64,000 bases of DNA from the human T2T-CHM13v2.0 reference genome, Homo sapiens. Positions 41,397-53,400 of the stretch are shown here, piece after piece; positions within the stretch are counted from its first letter, which is position 1, and every line of letters begins with the position of its first letter. The notes below the pieces were generated by a model, which was given only the letters and a program-made list of their open reading frames with translations, made no database searches and had not been told where the DNA came from. Position numbers and translations under genes: made by a program. Where the stretch lies: NCBI RefSeq assembly GCF_009914755.1, contig NC_060925.1; one strand, 5' to 3'.

Positions 41397-42056
41397 TGTA
41401 AAAGGAAAATAAATCTTGGGAACCCCAAATCACTAAGCCAAAGGGAAAGGTCAAGCTGGGAACTGTTTCAGGCAAACCTGCCTTTTATTTTATTCCTTAA
41501 TATGATAACTTCAAAGACTTTTTTAAAAGCTACATACCTCCCTCAAAATTTGTCCACTGAAATATTTCTTTGTGGGCCCCAAGATCTTTACCCTAAAATG
41601 GTTCTGTTTTAAAGGGTCCTGTTTTATCCTAACAGTGTAAATTGACAGCTGATTTTCACAAGTGCAGGACAAAAGACAGAACTTTAAGTCATTGCTGCTT
41701 ACAGGAGACAAATGCATATCTGATTGTTTCCCTGACTTAAAAATGCAGACTCCTGGGCTAGAGGAAGACAGAAGTGACTATTTCCTCTGCCCTGCCTTTC
41801 ACATGTAAATCGTAGATTCTGATAAAGGCTGATCAAAGACTCAAATGAGTGAAACTGTTTGTCTCTTACGTATGGACACCTTTTAAAAATTTCTTCCTCT
41901 TTCTCCAATATCTGCTCTTCCCTCTTTAAATATTGATGCCTTCAAAATCATCTTTGGAGAAGGCAGAGAGCTGAATCTGGGGCACATGTGTTTAACCATG
42001 GCAAACTAATCTTTCCAAATTGATTGAGACCTGTCTCAGGTAGTTTTTGGCTCAAA
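41397..42056 (+). mobile_element. MER4A-type ERV1 solo LTR
   Basis: 'tgtaaaaggaaaataaatcttgggaaccccaaatcactaagccaaagggaaaggtcaagctgggaactg'; absent from the paralogous intron near 37685. Confidence 0.8.
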
Positions 42057-43696
42057 GATTCAATGTTTGGCCAATGCAGATGTTCAGTCTCCAGTCCACA
42101 GCCTCCAGGTTCCACATACCCACAGGGTGACCCAGCCACTTCCCAGGCTTCTTTCACCAGCTCTCCTATCCTCCATGCTGGTCTTTCCCTGCCTGTTCCA
42201 TTTCCACCAGACCTCTCGTCTTTTCTCCCCTCCCAGCTCCCCTTGTTGTATGACCTGCCTCTCTCTTGCAGAGATGTTGCTTTCAAGGAAGAATTCCCTT
42301 GTCTTGCCACCAGCTGAACCACACCCTTACCTGCACCAGCTCCTCACTCAGTACTGTGCCCTGAGACCATGGAAGAGCCTCCCTGGCCTGACTGTGGGGG
42401 ATTCTCTTCAGTCTCTTGATCCTGTGCACACCTGCCTCTGTCCTAGAAAAAACGTTCTTACCTCCACTGGCTTCTTGCAAACACCATTTGCATGTGTTTA
42501 ACCCTCTCCATGTTAGAAAAACCATGAGACAATAGAAAAACAACCCTATTTGCATTTGAAGTTCCTCACAGTCTGTTTCTCCACTTTTCTGTGGTCAGTC
42601 TTCTGGAATAAGTGACCAACATTTATCATCTCTACTTCTTTATCTCATATCTCATATGCACATTTTCTTCATTCCAACTCTGTTTTTATCCCCAACAATC
42701 TACTAAAGCTGATTTTCATGTTTCTGAATATAATTATGATGATAATGATAAAAATAATAAAATAGATGTTTGTTTTAATGACACTACAGTGTCTTTAACT
42801 AAGTTCTGGTGTTTGTATATTTGTTGGATGTAATTTGTAAATATTGATATATATACAGACACTAATTTAATCATCAAAGCAATTCATTGAGGTGGGTACT
42901 ATTGTTGTCCCTATTTCACAGGTGAAGATGCTGAGGCCCCGAGTGGGTGAGTCACACAGCTAGTAAGTGAAGAGGCAGCAGTCAAACCCAGGTATTCTGG
43001 GTCTAGTCGGTGTTCTTCTGCCAAAGAGTACTTTGTGGCTAAATTCACTGGATGTGACTCAGTTTTTATCTTTCGTCATCTCTTAGCTTTGCCTTATCCA
43101 AACCGGATCACTCTCTTCTGCTTAGAACTCGTTCTGCTCTTGGTGACAGTGGTACATACTCTCATACTGCCTCTTCCCTTGCCCAGAGTCCTTCCTTCTC
43201 ATGTTCCACCTCCTCTACTGGGACCGGCCTGGGTGTGCTGTCCAATCGGACACTATTTTGTTGGGCCCTCTCCTTCACTCCTGGCTGCTCCCCAAACTGG
43301 CTACTCTGTGACCCATTTCTCACTGTGCTGCTGGAGTGGTTTTCCCCAACATGTAAACGATTCATGGAGCCCAGATTGCCCTGCAGAATGTGGCCCAAGC
43401 CCTTACTCTACTTCTAAGTATAGTCTAACCATGTCTTCTTCCCCAACCTTATCCTTCCTTTCTCCACTGTTCAGTCTATGCTGCACTCATCAAGAAGTGA
43501 CCCCTGTCCATTTCCTGGAACATGTCCTCCCTCCCTCACCACGATCCTCTTCTCCTGAAATGTTCCCACTCATCCTCAGGTCTCAACTCACACATGAGCT
43601 CTTCTAAGACATTTGTTCTAACTTCCCAACTGAGATTGGCATGCCTTTCTATCTGCTCCTGCAGCCACCAAGTATTTCTATCGTCAGGTTGATGAT

Positions 43697-43791
43697 GAAA
43701 CAAAATCCCTTGCAAGTCGGAGTCACTCTCTCTCCTTGGAAGACTGTGGTCCATTGAGGCTGGAGGAAAATAACGGACTTGTGTGTCCTTG
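43697..43791 (-). pseudogene. FCRL5 D1-type exon, 5' part only
   Basis: ctttccttgtcag|CA AGG...; (A)RTHKSVIFLQPQWTTVFQGERVTPTCKGFCF, then abrupt switch to intronic sequence. Confidence 0.88.
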
Positions 43792-44997
43792 CTGACAAGG
43801 AAAGAGAAAAGGAGTCTGAGGTGTAGGTACCTGCAGATCCAGCCTCAGGGCCTCCTGATGCATAGGCTGAAGGACCTGGGTTTGGAGGATCTGAAAGAGG
43901 TCCTCTGGGAGGGTCACTGATAACTTAAAGCTCCCTGTCAGTCTATGGCCCTCACCTCGCCCAAGGGAGAAATTGACCAGGGATGGCAATGAGCAAAATG
44001 ATTTCAGGAAGGTGACACCAGCAGGATTCGCCATCAAATATCACAGTTAGGTAGCCTTACATGGGAGTGGGTCCCAGAGAAAATCAACACTACGCTGCCA
44101 TTTCATCATGTTCATACACTCATAAAAAACTCCAAAGGTGATGATAAAATCACAATTTTGCACTTTCCCTAAGAGAATAAATCATATTATCTTAAGATTT
44201 GTCCCTGAGAAAACCTTGAGAGCTCAACTTACCTAACATCTTTATTTTGTAAATGATGATTCAAATGCCCAGAAGAATCCCACCATAGCTAATTGTGTCA
44301 GAGCAAAGAAGAGACAAGTCACTCACTGACATCCAGAGGTGACCAGGACAAGGTTACAGCTGGGGCCACTGATTTGGACAAGGAGAGCGGTAGTAGAGGG
44401 TTCTTGCTGTTCATGGATTCTCAATTATCCACTCTGAGCCAAAGGAATGGCAGTGAGAGCCAGAACTAATTAAATGTGGGATGCAGATAACTTGTCTTCT
44501 CCCCATCTCCCCTTTCTGTGCCTTTCTTTTTTGTAAGGACCCAGTTATTGGATGTCCTGGAGGATTAACTCCAAAGTGTAGAAAATGCAGCATTCCTGCT
44601 GGCATCAGCACAGTGGAATGTTTTCAGAGGATTTTTCTGGCTCGCTGATTGGAGAGGATCCTATCCTGAGTCCAGCACACTTGCCATGGAGTTGAAGATG
44701 TCCTGCCTGGCTAAATGGGGTCTGTTGGCAATAACAGTAAATGCAGGGCCTAGCAAAAGCCAGGAGCTGCTTGGGCATTCATCCCTTCCCCCAGGGAGGG
44801 TCAGGGGGTGACCATGGAGCTATCCTGGCCCTTGGGCGATGCCAGTAAACCAGGCATCACTTTCAAATCCCTGCTGACCTCAGCAAGAAAACAGGAGATA
44901 TTAGAGAGCTCAGGCAGCCATCACAAATGTTTTCTATTTATTAGGAAGAGACACTCTTTACCAGAGATGCTGAAGAGCCAAAGACAGGAGAACTCAC

Positions 44998-45018
44998 CAA
45001 GCTGTCCACTGACAGGAG
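44998..45018 (-). pseudogene. FCRL S2 21-nt signal mini-exon (APVSGQL)
   Basis: tatttttgcag|CTCCTGTCAGTGGACAGCTTG|gtgagt; a 21-nt S2 exon is a hallmark of FcR/FCRL genes. Confidence 0.9.
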
Positions 45019-45129
45019 CTGCAAAAATAAGAGCCAGAGATGAACATAGAGCCAAGAGCATTTTGTTTTAAGAAGGTAATTCCTTTTTTTCCCATGCATG
45101 TATTACCTCTCCCATTAAAAAATTCATTT

Positions 45130-45810
45130 TTAAAAAATCTAATAATTATTCATCAAATGTTCATATATACTAAGGCATGGTGCTTGGATTTTTTAAATGA
45201 ATTTTAAAAATGGTATCCGCCTTCAAGAAGTTGACTGGTGGAAAAACAGAAACACAATGTAAAGTAATATAATTGTAACACAAGGTGTAAGTGCAATAAC
45301 AGAAATACACATCGGGAATCTTGGGGGCAGAAGAGCCACCTAGCCCAGTGTATAGGACATATGAGTGTGTGTAGGGTATGTGTTTGTGTGTATATTTGTT
45401 GAAGGGGGCAGATGGATCCTTGAAGGTACCTGAAGGAGATGATACTTCACAAAACTGTGAGTGAGAACATGAGTCTGCAGGTGGATGTTAGCATTTGTGT
45501 GTGGAGAGAGGTGATGGGGAGAGTAATCAAGGCAGAAAGGGCACAGAGGTGGAGAAATGACATTAGTACTCAGGAGTTGGGAGTGTTGGGGGAAATAAGA
45601 TCATAGAAGCTTGCAGGGCCCACATAAGTGGCTCTAATTTTATTATAAAAGCCACAAGGTGTCATGGAAAGGTTTCAAGGAGGAGATTGAGAGGGATAGA
45701 ATTTGAACTTCGATGGAGCACTCTGTCAGTGGATAGACTTCAGTGAGACACAATATGAAGCAGGGAGACTGATTAGAAGGCAGGGCAAGGAAATGGACAT
45801 GAATTAAGCC
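45130..45810 (-). mobile_element. L2 remnant
   Basis: L2 antisense motifs ('catggaaaggtttcaaggagg', 'gaagcagggagactgattagaagg'). Confidence 0.6.
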
Positions 45811-47499
45811 TCATTTGGGCACCAGACTCCAGGCTATATTCTTTTCATGAGATCATTGAATCCAAGGGCTCATAATCATCATATTTAATTTTTAAATAAT
45901 TAAATTAGCCTCAGGTCACTTTGCCTCTGGTCACAGAGCTAGAATGTTACAAAGATAGGATAAACCTCATTGTCTCTAAATTTTAGTACCATGATCTTTT
46001 TATTAAACTATGCTCTCTGAGAAAGTCAGAGAAAGAGACCCTAACATTAAGTAGGTTAGCAAAAGCCTTATCTCTTGCTCGGGGATGGCCAAGGAACCAG
46101 GGAGTACACATGGTGTAGGGTAGTTATGGGACTTTCTTCATATGATTTCATGTATCAGGGTCTCAAATGGATCAGAACAAATAAGTAAATATTTGGGGAC
46201 AGGATGTTTCCCTTTTACATCCAAATGGCTTCTGACCCTTGTGCAGACTAGGGGCTAGGAAGTTGAACAAGGGTCAGTATCAAATACTGACTATGTAAGT
46301 AAAAAAGGAAGAGATGAAAGGAATTTGTTCTGAGCCTGGACCAAAGATTTGGATATAAGACCATTCCTGCGAATATCTTTTTTTCCAGAGTTGCCTCCCT
46401 GCTCCCCAGTATGGACTTCCAACTGGGTAGTCCCCAGAAGCCTCAGTGCATCTGTGACCAGGGGAAGAGGCTGTCTCGATGCCTGCCCTTCCTTTGTCAG
46501 GTGTACAATATTCCCTTTGTAGAAGGCATCAGAAATCACAACTCTTGTGCAGTGCAGAGCAGGAAGGTGTCAGAGAGAGTGAGTGAGGTAGGCAGAACCA
46601 AAGTGACTGGGCCCGGTGGAAAGGAGTACAGTTCCCTGCAGCTGTTGGGGACATGGGTTGGTGTGGACTTCCCAGGCTCCTCTGCTGGGCACTATTACTC
46701 CAAAGCCAAGGAGAAGAAACAGAGGGGATCTTACAGGACTGTCCTCTGATGGGAACTGCAGGAGGGACAGGCATGAGAAATTAGCCTCGGCTGCACACTC
46801 ACACTTTCCCTTCTGTGCCTTCTCTGTGTCACTCTACTCCAACCCAAACAGCAAAGAACACTTCTCCAGTTCAACATCAGGACGGATTGGCACCTCTGCA
46901 GTTCTCTTTTTTTGGTATCAGATGCTGATGTGGAATTTCACGGAGGCAGGAAGGACAGAGGAGAAGGACGTCCAACCCTTCCCTTTCCTCAGCAGCTGGT
47001 TTCCCTAACTGCTCTCTGGTTTGGCTTTACTACACAAAGTGGGGTTTAGCAGATGCCTGATCTTACTAAGATCTTACCTGGCAGACAGTGCCTTTGCAAG
47101 AGCGCTCAGTGGAGGCAACTTCCTTGATCATTCATTCATTCACTCACTCTTCCAACAAACATTCTTTAAGCACTTACTATGCAGGCATTGGCCTAAATAT
47201 TGTAGTTACCAAGAAGAATGAAATACTGCTCCTACCCTCAAGAAACTTATAATCTACTGGAGGAGAAACTAAGTTAATAAGCAGTATAACATAGTGTGGT
47301 AGGGCTATGATAAGGGGAAGTATAGAGCATTGTAAGAGCACTGAAAAGAATATCCAACTTCCCCCTTTTGCTGAATAAGAAAAGACCATTTATGCAGCTT
47401 GTGATATAACAGGAGTAAGTCAGAGTCAAAATGTTGAGCCTGTTTTGTTGAAACCTGAGATTCAGTTTTTCTATCATTTTTCAAATGTTTTAAATACTG

Positions 47500-49790
47500 T
47501 TTGTATTTTAAAAAGTGAAACAATCCATGCATACTCTCAATTTCATAGTTGATCTGGTTTCACTACTTGTTCCCTTCCAAACATTAACCTTGTATGTGCA
47601 TAATCTTAACCTAGTTTTCGTGTTAAGACTCTGTTTTTTATTCTGCTCTTTTTCTCTCAATATTATCATAATAACTACAATGAATATCATTGTGTATATT
47701 ATCTTCTGCAGTCTTACCCCTTTATCTTAGCTTTCTGGAACTGGGGGTACTGAGTCAAAATATACTTATTTATGTTATTTCTTGTTAACTGGCTTTCTAA
47801 ATGAGCTTTACCATTTCCACTGCCACAGCAATGTATAACTTATCCAACCTTCCTACACTGTACAGTATCCAGCATTTGGGGGTTGTTGTTGCTGCAAATT
47901 TAATGACTGCAAATTGTACCTCTGTGTGCATTTCCTGAATGCATTTATTCATTAATATAAGACATATTTATTGAATGCCAGCTATGTGCCAGGCACTCTG
48001 CTAGGTTTGGAGGATAAGCAACGGGTTTTATGAAGCTTGCAGACAAGTAAGCAGCAGCTACAAAGAGTGTTTGTGTATTCTATAATTCTGACATTTATCC
48101 TTTTACCCAATAACATTTTCAAGTTTTTTTGGCCAATGAACATGAATTCTTTATATCATATCTCAATTATTTGCCTTACTTGCTGCAAATATCCTAATGC
48201 AACATTAGTTGCTATTAAGGTTATGTTATTATTGTAATACAAAATTTTTTAAGTTTTAGATTTAAAATCTCTAATCCTTCTACTACTTCAATGTTTAGGA
48301 AGAAATAATTTATATTAAAAAATAGTCTTAATTTTATTTTCTATCATGTTTTTGATAATTAAAAAATATAATTATAATTATCTGAACTTTATTTTTAAAT
48401 TTGTAGGAGAATTGTAAATATCTATTGTATTATGATGTCTATTTTTTGTATATTAAATAACATGTAATTAGATATATTTCTGGGTTTGTATTATTTTCCA
48501 TTGACCTATATTTATATGGAATCTATTCTTTAATGTATATAATTAGATTTCCAATGTTTCTGTTTTTTTAGAAAAGAATCTATCTTTTGGCATTCTTACC
48601 AACATATTTTTCAAGATACACTTTTGAATATTTTATTGAGTTCCAAGGAAAATTCCACAGGTAGTTTGAAATTATACAGAATCTACAAATTCACTTGGGG
48701 AGAACTGATCTCTTTATAACATCTTTAATATTTCTATCCAGGCTAATGATATGTCCTTATACATTGAAGTATCCTTTGTACAGTTTTATATATTTCCTTT
48801 TCTTGGTTAAAAAACTCTAATTATTCCTATGTTTTCACTTTTATTGCTATTGTAGATGATATTTCTTTATTATAATCTCCAAGTGGTAATTAATAATATT
48901 CACAGATTTCATAAGTTTTGATATTTATGGTCAATCTTCCTAATTCATGAATATTCATAAATTTATAACTATACCACATAGATGATATGATCAAGAGCAG
49001 GGGCTGTATAATTCATAGCAATAATAGCAAACAAGCTGGTGATAAATAAATGCACTGGGAATGATTAAAGAATAAATAATACTTTTTAAAATCTTGGCTT
49101 CCTATATGTATGCTTCCTATTTTTGTTACTAATTTAGTGTGTTGGCCAGGATCTAAAAACTATTGCATATGATGATGATTGCAATCATCTTGGTTCTAGC
49201 TCCAATTTGAATGGCAATTTTAGTCTTGTTTTTAAGGTGTAATATTGGCTGTCAGTCTAGAACACATTCTTTATCATGTTAAGTAAGGATTCTTCTGGCT
49301 TAAGAATAATTATTTTTGGAATGGATATTGATTTTTAATACTTATGTCAATACTTTTGACACCTGTTGTCATTATATAATTTCTTTTGTTTGTTTTTTGT
49401 TTTGAGAGACAGGGTCTCAGTCTGTTGTCCAGACTGGAGTGCAGTGGTGTGATAACAGCTGACTGCAGCCTCAACCCCCCAGGCTTAAGTGATCCTGCCA
49501 CCTCAGCTTCCTGAGTAGCTGGGACTACAGGCACACAACACCACACCTGGCTAATTGTTTCTGTAGAGATGAGGTTTCGCCATGCTGCCCAGGCTGGTCG
49601 CAAACTCCTGGGCTCAAGCGATCTGCACATCTCAGCCTTCCAAAGTGCTAGGATTATGAGTCACTGTGCCTAACCAACATAGTTTCTTTTACTTAGCATT
49701 TTGATGTGTTTTTTTTTCATATAATAACAGTGAATTTCCATATAGTCTTCAATTCTGATACAAATCCTACTTGGTAGTATTTAGTGTAAA
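47500..49790 (-). mobile_element. Degraded L1ME fragments with nested L2 and Alu
   Basis: AT-rich antisense L1 motifs ('gaatctacaaattcacttggggagaactga', 'ttctttatcatgttaag'). Confidence 0.55.
49385..49677 (-). mobile_element. AluJ element
   Basis: 'gagacagggtctcagtctgttgtccag...ctcctgggctcaagcgatc' AluJ diagnostics. Confidence 0.9.
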
Positions 49791-50050
49791 GATTTAAATG
49801 GATTAAAACATATAAATTACTAGTGAGCACTCAACAAATACTAACATTTCTATTATCATCATTTTGGTTTTGATGTGCTGCTAAATTCTTATTTAAGAGG
49901 CCAGGAGCTTATAGTCCAAAAACATTTGCCCAGTCCCCTCTCAGCCTAGAGACTGCCTTAGGACAAAATACAACAGAAGATTTTGTGAGCATCTGAGGTT
50001 AGCGCTCAGTGCCCACCCAATCCAGGTCTAGATTCACGGTGTCCACTCAC

Positions 50051-50081
50051 CTAGAACCAGCATCAAAGGCCACAGCAACAT
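50051..50081 (-). pseudogene. FCRL S1 exon coding part (MLLWPLMLVL)
   Basis: caggtcctcATGTTGCTGTGGCCTTTGATGCTGGTTCTAG|gtgagt; MLLW start typical of FCRL proteins, 31 nt, phase 1. Confidence 0.9.
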
Positions 50082-51914
50082 GAGGACCTGTCCTGGAAAA
50101 CCCAAAGGAAGTTTATCTTGGAGAATGACCATACAATTCAGGTCTGAGTACAGATGCTCTCCACAGTGGCACCCATGAGCATTGCCTAGAAGATTTCGAA
50201 AAAGGGAAGCCAAGGATACTGCTATTTGCTAATTGCCTTTCTTCTGCCATGGGTCCTAAGGAAATGAAGTTGTTTTCTTGTTTTTAAGTCTTCTTAAATA
50301 CAGGGTGACATTATGGCTGAAGTAGACAAGAAGCTATCCAGGAACTTTAAGACCTGCTATCCTGTTAGAAAGTTTCAAGTCTCCTTAGCTTCTGTGTCTG
50401 GGGGACTTCATTCACTCATTTAACAATTATCTACTGAGTATTCACTGTGTTTCACTGGTTGCACAGTATTGACAAAAGTGACATGATCCTTATCTTTATG
50501 TAATTTCTAGTCTAATAAGGGTAGAAAGACTTTATAGAGAATAACATGTCCTCTATTTCCTATTAGAATCTAAAAACTTGATATCTTTCGAGAGTACTTC
50601 TTATCTGCCATTTTCTATATACCATTTGGTTCCTTATAGATTCTATTTTGCCTACACCTTGCAAAAAGTCCTATGCTCTAAAAGCTATTGGCTCTCTCCT
50701 TGGGCAAAAATCTCAACTTCTTCATCACTATTAAATGAGTTAATATGTGAAAGCCCTTCAAATAGTGCCTGGCATATATGATACATAAATAAATAAAAAA
50801 GAGACGACTATTTGTCTCAAACTTGGCATGCACTAAACTGCTCCAGTCCACTTCCAGAGTATATACTGCCCAGCTTTTCCTCACCCAGTGGGTCCTTAGT
50901 GCTCCATCGATTTTACAAGTATCCCAGGTTTCTTCTATGACAGTTCCATGGCTGAGTGTGTGGCCAGTGCTCTGAAGCTTGTGGGTGACAATGATACCAT
51001 AACAGTGTCCAGGAAGCTTCTTTGGAAAGAATGTAAAATGGTCTTCCCAGTAGTGGATTCTACGGTTGAATGACCCTGGCGCTTCCTGAGATATAGACAG
51101 GCCCTGAAAACAGTGTCAGGGAGACACTGAGGAGCACTATCTGTTCAGGAGCAGATGACTACCTTCCTCCTTGACCCAAATCTTATTTTTCTTTCCTTTC
51201 CCCTCATTCTCATTCCAGGTCCATCCATCAGTGCTTTTGACTGCTGAACTCAAGACATTTATTCTCTTTTCCAAAGTAGAGATTAGTTGTCTATTAGAGA
51301 GCCCATAGAGGCTCCTAAAGAGCTATTTCTTCTAGAATTAAGGAGGGTTAAGTTCTTCAATCCCAAAGACCTGTTTATCTTCTTGTAGGTGGAGGCCACT
51401 GTTCCCCGAGCCATTCTCCACACTCCTTCCCAGACTACAAGTTCACACAAACATATGGAATCAGTACGGAGTGAGGACACTTTCTGTCACATTTTTGTTA
51501 AAAACCATAAAGTGGTCTAAGACTTTACTGGAACATATTGTTACATGTAAAATGATTCAGCACATAACAACTGTTTGCACAGGTAGAACTGACTTCTTGA
51601 ATTTGATATCTACTTTTTATGAAGAGATATAGATACAATTACTTCTACCTCAGACATTATTTCTATTCTTTTACTCCTCTGATTGCAGTATGTTGCAGTT
51701 GGGAGGTGGAGAAGGGAAGGTTTTGGAAATCTAAAAAGGCCTTCTCTATGCAGTCTTGCTTAAATTTCAAGTATGGTAGTAATAATAAACATAATTGTCA
51801 TCATCATCATAGCTCATACTTATTAAGCACTTACTTAATGTCATGTGTTGGGCTAAGGAATTCATTTTCTTCTCAGGAAACCCCTATAAGTTAGATTATG
51901 CTGTTATTCACATG

Positions 51915-52810
51915 TCAGAATGTCTTCAGAGTTAAAACAAATTGCTGCATCTTGCACCTTCTTATTACTAAAGAAGAGGCACAATACCTGGTGGATATCT
52001 TTGGAATTTGGATGCAATATATCCTCATTTACGTGCACAACTCTTACCCATTTGCTGAGGAGCCCATAACACTATTAATTCTGAGTGAGGCTCAGGGCAA
52101 GAGAAGGCTCTGCAATAATTCCAGATTGCCTTGAAAGCTGCTTGACCACTTGAGACTTGTGGTGTGGTAGATCCGATGTAGCCTGAAATGACTATAGAAA
52201 ATATGGATGTTGTATAGTGCTTCTAAGGGTCAGAAAAGGAAAATTAGAGCACAGACTTCTAGAATTTTAGATAAAAGTTATACTCTCTTCTGGAGATAAT
52301 GTTCTTTTAGGATACAGCATCAAGTTTGCCTAGACCTTACTAAAAACTTAATACTTAACATGGGACATCAAGTGACCACGCAATCTGCAATTCGAACTGC
52401 TCATCATGAGTGGGGTTTTATGTAGCCACAAGATTGTACATGCACAGCAGCAATACATCTATATATATATGATGTATATATGACTGGTTTTAACAAGGCA
52501 TAAGTAAGTTGTATGAGCAGGTGGCTCAGACTGCTAAGGTACCAACTTTTACTGCATTCCCTCCTCTCCTGCAGTTCACATCTATAGCCTCATGTGGAAC
52601 TCCTTTTAACTAGATAACTACAGAAGGAAAACCAGGGCTTGCTTCACAGATGATTTAGTAAAATATGTTAGCAAAACTGGAAGTGGACTGTTGTATTACT
52701 GCAACCACAATTAGTATTGTTCTTGAAAGAAAGTGATGAAGGAAATCCTTCAAAGGGGGCAGAACCTAAAGTAGTAGCAGTAGTAATGGTCATCTACTCA
52801 GTCTGGCTTG
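51915..52810 (+). mobile_element. ERVL internal pol (RT/RNase H) remnant
   Basis: ORF 51898-52134 includes TKEEAQYLVDIFGIWMQYI, like ERVL 'TKKEAQCLVGLFGFWRQHI'; an FTD motif near 52644. Confidence 0.7.
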
Positions 52811-53214
52811 AAACTACATTAATCCTGATTGATTCAGCCTTATAGTTGAGGTTCACTGAGCTCCCCTCCTTGGGCTAGGAAGTCTGGCTTTTGGCTAAGG
52901 AGATAGAAACAGCCCTGGGAAAGAGAGACAGTTACAACTTTCAGAGCAGAGGTACTCAGAGGACTGGGTCAGAAACAGGCTGAAAGTTCTCCGCTCCAGC
53001 AAACAGGACATGTAGCAGAACACTCATTGCCTTCCCTCTACTGAGGGTGTGATAAACCTTAAATACTAGAGGAGAAGACCCATGCTTTACAAGTCAGCAA
53101 TTAGGTAAATTAGACAATTTCAGAAAGTGGCAAATTATTTAAAAGAAACAAAATAGAAGTCAACATACGTGGGCAGAAAATATGAAACAACCAATGAAAT
53201 AACTAGTATTTGAG

Positions 53215-53400
53215 TGGCTAGCAAATTTCAGACCTAGATCCAATCTCTTTACTTGTTTAATTCATTCAATCCTCACAAAAATCTTAAAAGATGGATATCA
53301 TTGTTCCCATTTTACAGATGAGGAAACTGACGCATAGGGAGGTTGAGCAGTTTGTCCAAGGACACAGAGGGCAGGTAGAGGAGTCTGTCTGATTGCAGGG
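53215..53400 (-). mobile_element. MIR SINE
   Basis: 'cccattttacagatgaggaaactgacgcatagggaggttgagcagtttgtccaagg'. Confidence 0.8.

Larger units (their letters stand above)
30938..50081 (-). pseudogene. Unprocessed, rearranged Fc receptor-like (FCRL5-related) gene: S1-S2-D1(5' half)-D5-D6-D2-D3; no TM or cytoplasmic exons seen
   Basis: Seven exon-like segments with canonical splice sites and phase-1 boundaries, translating to FCRL-type signal and Ig sequences; stops in D5 and D6, truncated D1. Confidence 0.9.

Noticed and set aside
43035-43607. 190-aa + strand ORF
   Set aside because: Pyrimidine-rich intron duplicate; the paralogous copy is interrupted by an Alu and stop codons
30938-50081. 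Calling this the functional FCRL5 gene
   Set aside because: Stop codons, truncated D1, wrong exon order and sequence differences from recalled FCRL5
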